Positions 22,612 through 27,157 of a DNA stretch of 27,157 nt are shown here, piece after piece. The stretch lies in NCBI GenBank assembly GCA_033856015.1, contig JAWVFM010000348.1:1-27157 (forward strand). Direction: 5' to 3'. The notes under the pieces were generated by a model, which was not told the origin of the DNA, did not search any database, and saw only the letters and a program-made list of their open reading frames with translations. The DNA comes from Solirubrobacterales bacterium. Its GTDB lineage: Bacteria; Actinomycetota; Thermoleophilia; Solirubrobacterales; 70-9. Position 1 is the first letter of the stretch; each line of letters starts with the position of its first letter. Both the position numbers and the translations under genes were made by a program.

Positions 22612-22717
22612 TCTGCCCCTGAAAGAACGTTGGGTATAGGCTGCGCGCGGCACCGCATGAGAGAGGCCGGGCGGGAGCTGGTGCCGGTTTTCGCCCACAC
22701 AGGCCGGGAGGCGCTGG

Positions 22718-24289
22718 ATGATTCGGAGAGGTCTTGGTCCCGCGACCGCTATGGCGGTCGTTGTCTTCGCACTTGGAGTCGCCGGTTGCGGCAGCTCGTC
22801 GAGTAGCGGTGGAACGATCATCCGCGGCACGACGGACAAGCCCGTGTCCTACGACCCGGCCGGTGCGTACGACCTCCCCTCCTACGACGTCATCTACGCC
22901 GTCTACCAGAACCTCCTCACGGTCCCGCCGGGCGGCAACACCGCGCAGCCCGAGGCCGCGCAGTCGTGCACCTTCAAGGACCCGACCACGTACGAGTGCA
23001 CGATGCGCGCCGGCGACAAGTTCTCCGACGGCTCGACGCTCGACTCCAAGGACGTCAAGTTCTCGTTCGACCGCAACATCAAGATCAAGGATCCGAACGG
23101 CGCCTCCTCGCTGCTCGCCAACGTGAAGTCGATCGACGCGCCTGACCCGAAGACGGTCGTCTTCAACCTCGCCGCTCCGGACGCGACCTTCCCGCTGGTC
23201 CTGACCGCGGCATCGTTCGCGATCGTCCCGGCCGACGGACCGAACGCCTACGCGGCCGACAAGCTCCAGCCGTCCACGAGCATCACGGGCTCCGGGCGCT
23301 ACACGCTGGCCTCGTACAAGCCCAGCACGCAGACCGTGCTCCAGAAGAGCGCCGGGTACAGCGGCACGGACCCGGCGAAGAACGACCAGGTCATCATCCA
23401 GTACTACGACAAGTCCTCGGCCCTCAAGCTCGCCCTCCAGAACGGCGAGGTTGACATCGCCTACCGCAGCCTGAGCCCGACCGACGTATCGTCGCTGAAG
23501 GGCGCAAGCGGCGTGAACATCGTCTCCGGGACCGGGACCGAGATCCGCTACCTCGTGTTCAACACCCGCCTGCAGCCGGGCTCCACGGATGCCCAGAAGC
23601 TGGCGGTGCGCCAGGCCGTCGCTCAGACCGTCGACCGCGCGGCAATCGCCAAGGACGTCTACAACGGCACGGTCAAGCCGCTGTACTCGATGGTCCCGCA
23701 GGGCCTGAAGTACGCCGACCAGGCGTTCCTGGACGCCTACGGCGCGTCGCCGAACCTGGCCGCCGCGAAGAAGACGCTCGCGGACGCGGGCGTGAAGACG
23801 CCGGTGCCGCTCGAGGTCTGGTGGACGCCGTCGCACTACGGCCCGTCCTCCGGCGACGAGTACGCAGCGATCAAGCAGCAGCTCGACGACAGCGGCCTGT
23901 TCAACGTGACGCTGAAGGACACGGAGTGGACGCAGTACTCCACCGCCGCCTTCACGAACAAGTACCCGGCCTACCAGCTCGGCTGGTTCCCGGATTACCC
24001 GGACGCCGACGACTACACGGCCTCCTTCTACTCGAAGGACAGCTTCCTGAACATCGGCTACAACAACCCGCAGATGGAGAAGCTCCTCGCGGACGAGAAG
24101 GCGTCGACCAGCGACGCGACTCGCCAGAAGGACTTCACCCAGATCCAGAAGATCGGGGCGCAGGACGTGCCGACCGTCCCGATCTGGCAGGCCGACCAGG
24201 TCGCGGCGGTGCGCGACGGGATCACCGGCGTCCAGGAGACGTTCGACCCGTCGTTCATCTTCCGCTACTGGCTGATCTCCAAGAACTAG
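22718..24289 (+). CDS. Family-5 (Dpp/Opp-type) ABC substrate-binding lipoprotein
   Basis: GGAGG SD; lipobox VAGC; YQNLL..., FSDGSTLDSKDVKFSFDR, GSGRYTL, LQNGEVDIA, VRQAVAQTVDR, GWFPDYPDADDY. Confidence 0.93.
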   Translation: MIRRGLGPATAMAVVVFALGVAGCGSSSSSGGTIIRGTTDKPVSYDPAGAYDLPSYDVIYAVYQNLLTVPPGGNTAQPEAAQSCTFKDPTTYECTMRAGDKFSDGSTLDSKDVKFSFDRNIKIKDPNGASSLLANVKSIDAPDPKTVVFNLAAPDATFPLVLTAASFAIVPADGPNAYAADKLQPSTSITGSGRYTLASYKPSTQTVLQKSAGYSGTDPAKNDQVIIQYYDKSSALKLALQNGEVDIAYRSLSPTDVSSLKGASGVNIVSGTGTEIRYLVFNTRLQPGSTDAQKLAVRQAVAQTVDRAAIAKDVYNGTVKPLYSMVPQGLKYADQAFLDAYGASPNLAAAKKTLADAGVKTPVPLEVWWTPSHYGPSSGDEYAAIKQQLDDSGLFNVTLKDTEWTQYSTAAFTNKYPAYQLGWFPDYPDADDYTASFYSKDSFLNIGYNNPQMEKLLADEKASTSDATRQKDFTQIQKIGAQDVPTVPIWQADQVAAVRDGITGVQETFDPSFIFRYWLISKN

Positions 24290-24341
24290 AACAACGCGAC
24301 AAGGCGCCCCTGATAACACGGGCGGCGCGGCTTAAGGACGG

Positions 24342-25379
24342 ATGGCCCGGCAAGGAACGTCGCTAAGAACGTATGTCCTGACGCGGATCGCGCTGTCGAT
24401 CCCGACGGTGCTGATCCTGCTGACGATGGTCTTCCTGCTGATGCGGGTCGCCCCGGGCAACCCGATCCAGGCGGCGCTCGGCGGGCACGTCTCCGAGAAG
24501 CAGATCCAGGCGCGGAGCAAGCGCGCCGGCTACGACAAGCCGATCGTCACGCAGTACGTCAACTACCTGGGTGACGCGGTCACGGGCCACCTCGGCAACT
24601 CGCTCACCGACCACCGCTCGATCGGCTCGATCCTTGTTGAGAACGGCTCCGCCACGCTCGAGCTCTCGATCGCCGCGTTCGCGGTGGCCCTCGTCGTGGG
24701 CCTGAGTATCGGGATCCTCGCAGGCCGCTTTCGCGACAGCCCGATCGACCTGGGGGGGCGATTGTTCGGGATCTTCATCTACGCGGCGCCCGTGTTCTTC
24801 ACGGGCTTCCTGGCCCAGCTCTTCTTCAGCCACACGCTCGGCTGGTTACCCAGCTCCGGGCGGGTCAGCCCGCTGACGGAGTTCGACCTCTCGCAGGGCG
24901 CGCAGCCGACGCACTTCTACCTGATCGACTCGCTCGTCACGGGCAACTTCTCGGCGTTCTGGGACGCGGTCCAGCACCTGATCCTGCCCGCCGTGACGCT
25001 CGGCCTGCTGATCAGCGGCGTCCTCATCCGGCTCGTTCGCGTGAACCTGATGCAGACCATGAAGGGCGACTACGTCGAGGCCGCGCGGGCCCGCGGGATC
25101 AGCGAGCGGCGCGTCGTGATCAAGCACGCGTTTCGCAACGCGCTGGTGCCGGTGGTCACCGTTGCCGGCCTGCAGTTCGCCACGCTCCTGGGCGGCGCGA
25201 TCCTCACCGAGGAGACGTTCAACTGGCCGGGCATCGGCTCCGAGCTCGTCCGCTACCTGAACGAACGCGACTACATCGCCGTCCAGGGGATCGTCACCGT
25301 GTTCGCGATCGCCGTAGTCGTGGTCTCGCTCCTGATCGACCTCGTCAACGCCTTCGTCGACCCGCGGGTGAGGTACTGA
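24342..25379 (+). CDS. Dpp/Opp-type ABC permease (DppB/OppB-like)
   Basis: MVFLLMRVAPGNP, GYDKPIVTQY, ATLELS, HLILPAVTLG, DYVEAARARG (EAA loop), KHAFRNAL, ETFNWPGIG, RDYIAVQG. Confidence 0.94.
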   Translation: MARQGTSLRTYVLTRIALSIPTVLILLTMVFLLMRVAPGNPIQAALGGHVSEKQIQARSKRAGYDKPIVTQYVNYLGDAVTGHLGNSLTDHRSIGSILVENGSATLELSIAAFAVALVVGLSIGILAGRFRDSPIDLGGRLFGIFIYAAPVFFTGFLAQLFFSHTLGWLPSSGRVSPLTEFDLSQGAQPTHFYLIDSLVTGNFSAFWDAVQHLILPAVTLGLLISGVLIRLVRVNLMQTMKGDYVEAARARGISERRVVIKHAFRNALVPVVTVAGLQFATLLGGAILTEETFNWPGIGSELVRYLNERDYIAVQGIVTVFAIAVVVVSLLIDLVNAFVDPRVRY

Positions 25380-26350
25380 TGGCCGCCGCTGTCCCGAAGG
25401 GGAGCGCCAAGGCCCGCCGCTTCGCGGGCCTGCGCCGCATGGTCGCCGAGGTCCGCGCGGCGCGCGGCGTCCCGAAGTGGATCCTCTACAGCGGGATCGC
25501 GATCGTCGCGTTCTTCGTGATCCTGGCGATCTTCGCGCCGCTCATCGCGCCGTACGGCTTCGATCAGGTCCAGTCGGGGGCGGTGCGCTTCCCGAAGCAG
25601 GCTGCGCCCTCGGGCGCTCACCTCTTCGGCACCACCGTCCAGTCCACCGACGTGCTCTCGCGGGTGATCTTCGGGTCGCGCACCGCGCTCGAGGTCGTCC
25701 TCCTCGCGGTGGTCATCTCGCTCTTCGTGGGCGTCCCGCTCGGCCTCATCTCCGGCTACCTGGGCGGCAAGCTCGACCGCGGCCTCGTCCTGATCATGGA
25801 CGCACTGTTCGCGTTCCCGTACCTGCTGCTGGCAATCGTGATCGCGTTCCTGCTCTCCGACAAGATCGGCCAGGGAATCGTGACGGCGGCCGTGTCGATC
25901 ACGGTCGTCTACGTCCCCCAGTACTTCCGCGTCGTTCGCAACCACGTGATCAGCGTGCGCGAGGAGCCCTACGTGGAGGCGGCCAGGGCGCTCGGGGCGA
26001 AGCGACGCACGATCGTGGGGCGCTACGTCTTCCAGAACGTGATCCAGAACGTTCCCGTGATCGCCACGCTGAATGCCGCCGACGCCATCCTGACCCTCGC
26101 TGCGCTCGGCTTCCTGGGCTACGGCATCCAGCCCACCCAGGCCGCCGAGTGGGGCTACGACATCAGCCGCGCCATCGACGACGCCGGCGCGGGCATCTGG
26201 TGGACGGGCCTCTTCCCCGGGCTGGCGATCGTCCTTCTGGTCACCGGCTTCACGCTCGTCGGTGAGGGCCTCAACGACGTCCTGAACCCGGTCATCCGCT
26301 ACCGGCGGATCAAGCCGCCCCAGATCCCGGCGGACGAGGAGGCATCGTGA
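25379..26350 (+). CDS. Dpp/Opp-type ABC permease (DppC/OppC-like)
   Basis: TGATG overlap with the previous gene; HLFGT...[53 protein letters not shown]. Confidence 0.94.
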   Translation: MAAAVPKGSAKARRFAGLRRMVAEVRAARGVPKWILYSGIAIVAFFVILAIFAPLIAPYGFDQVQSGAVRFPKQAAPSGAHLFGTTVQSTDVLSRVIFGSRTALEVVLLAVVISLFVGVPLGLISGYLGGKLDRGLVLIMDALFAFPYLLLAIVIAFLLSDKIGQGIVTAAVSITVVYVPQYFRVVRNHVISVREEPYVEAARALGAKRRTIVGRYVFQNVIQNVPVIATLNAADAILTLAALGFLGYGIQPTQAAEWGYDISRAIDDAGAGIWWTGLFPGLAIVLLVTGFTLVGEGLNDVLNPVIRYRRIKPPQIPADEEAS

Positions 26351-27157
26351 GCGAGCCGGCGATCCTCTCGCTTCGAAACGTCCGCGTTTGGTACGGCACG
26401 CCGGGCGACCCCGTCCGGGCCGTGGACGGCGTCTCGCTCGACGTCAGGGCCGGCGAGACGCTCGGCCTCGTGGGCGAGTCGGGCTGCGGGAAGTCGACCC
26501 TCGGCAGGGCGATCATCGGGCTGCTGCCGGAGGCCGCGGCGATCGCGGGCGAGGTTCGCTACCGGGATCGCAACCTGGTGGGCCTGCCGCTTCGCGAGCT
26601 GCGGACGATGCGCGGGCCGGAGCTCGGCCTGATCTTCCAGGAGCCGATGACCCGCCTCGATCCGCTGGTGACGGTCGCGCATCACTTCTCGGAGACCCTG
26701 AGAGCACACGTCCCGGACATCGACGACGCCGAGGTCCGGCGGCGCTCGCTCGAGGCGCTGGCCGGCATGGGCATCCCGCCGACCCGCTTCAACCAGTACC
26801 CGCACGAGTTCTCGGGCGGGATGCGCCAGCGGATCATGATCGCCCTGGCGCTCGTGCTGAACCCGAAGGTGCTGGTGGCCGACGAGCCGACCACCGCGCT
26901 CGACGTCATCGTCGAGGCGCAGATCCTGGCGATCCTGGCGGACCTGCGCAGGAACTTCGACACGGCGCTCCTCCTCATCACCCACAACCTCGGAATCGTG
27001 GCCGAGGCCTGCGACCGCGTCGCGGTGATGTACGCGGGGAAGATCGCCGAGGAGGGCGACGCGCGCGATGTCTTCGCCGAGCCCGCCCACCCCTATACGC
27101 GCGAGCTCCTGCGCTCAACGATCTCCCTCGAGACAACGGGCCTGCACTACATCCCCG
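26347..27157 (+). CDS. Dpp/Opp-type ABC ATP-binding protein (DppD/OppD-like), 3'-truncated by the window edge; absent from the ORF track
   Basis: GTG at 26347 overlaps the previous stop (GTGA). AVDGVSLDV, Walker [21 protein letters not shown], signature FSGGMRQR, Walker [30 protein letters not shown]. Confidence 0.95.
   Translation, partial: MSEPAILSLRNVRVWYGTPGDPVRAVDGVSLDVRAGETLGLVGESGCGKSTLGRAIIGLLPEAAAIAGEVRYRDRNLVGLPLRELRTMRGPELGLIFQEPMTRLDPLVTVAHHFSETLRAHVPDIDDAEVRRRSLEALAGMGIPPTRFNQYPHEFSGGMRQRIMIALALVLNPKVLVADEPTTALDVIVEAQILAILADLRRNFDTALLLITHNLGIVAEACDRVAVMYAGKIAEEGDARDVFAEPAHPYTRELLRSTISLETTGLHYIP

Noticed and set aside
22550-27090. Long minus-strand ORFs 22550..24319 and 26299..27090
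   Set aside because: Antisense shadows of the strongly codon-biased ABC genes. The first also runs through the tRNA.
1-27157. CRISPR arrays, transposases, prophage genes
   Set aside because: No regularly spaced repeats and no DDE/HUH transposase, recombinase or phage structural motifs were recognised on reading.

Overview
A 27 kb, very GC-rich, densely coding bacterial chromosomal segment. The fused PafBC, Rv2991-like oxidoreductase, long-form RmlA and TANNNT leaderless-type promoters point to an actinobacterium, possibly Thermoleophilia/Solirubrobacterales (inference). Left to right: a 5'-truncated LysR regulator; full-length Lhr helicase; rmlB-rmlD-rmlA with no rmlC; a GH114 glycosidase; an F420-dependent PNPOx-like protein; a membrane GGDEF-EAL protein; a ~360 bp intergenic stretch with a candidate structured RNA and an uncalled 37-aa membrane peptide; a LACTB2-like metallo-beta-lactamase-fold hydrolase; a single-chain PafB-PafC (double WYL) regulator; two tandem paralogous membrane proteins with a C-x13-C module; a YhaM-like OB-HD nuclease; a long intergenic hairpin; a secreted heparinase II/III-like protein; a ScyD/ScyE-like propeller; a glutaredoxin/GST-N-like gene missed by the ORF track; a TetR-MFS pair with two operators; tRNA-Phe(GAA); and a Dpp/Opp-type ABC operon cut by the right edge. 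I saw no integrase, transposase or CRISPR array. The best candidates for something undescribed are (i) the structured-leader plus micropeptide unit downstream of the c-di-GMP enzyme, (ii) the PafBC locus flanked by two single-strand-nuclease-type genes, and (iii) the C-x13-C paralog pair. All calls come from reading motifs and base pairing by eye. No database search or folding program was run.
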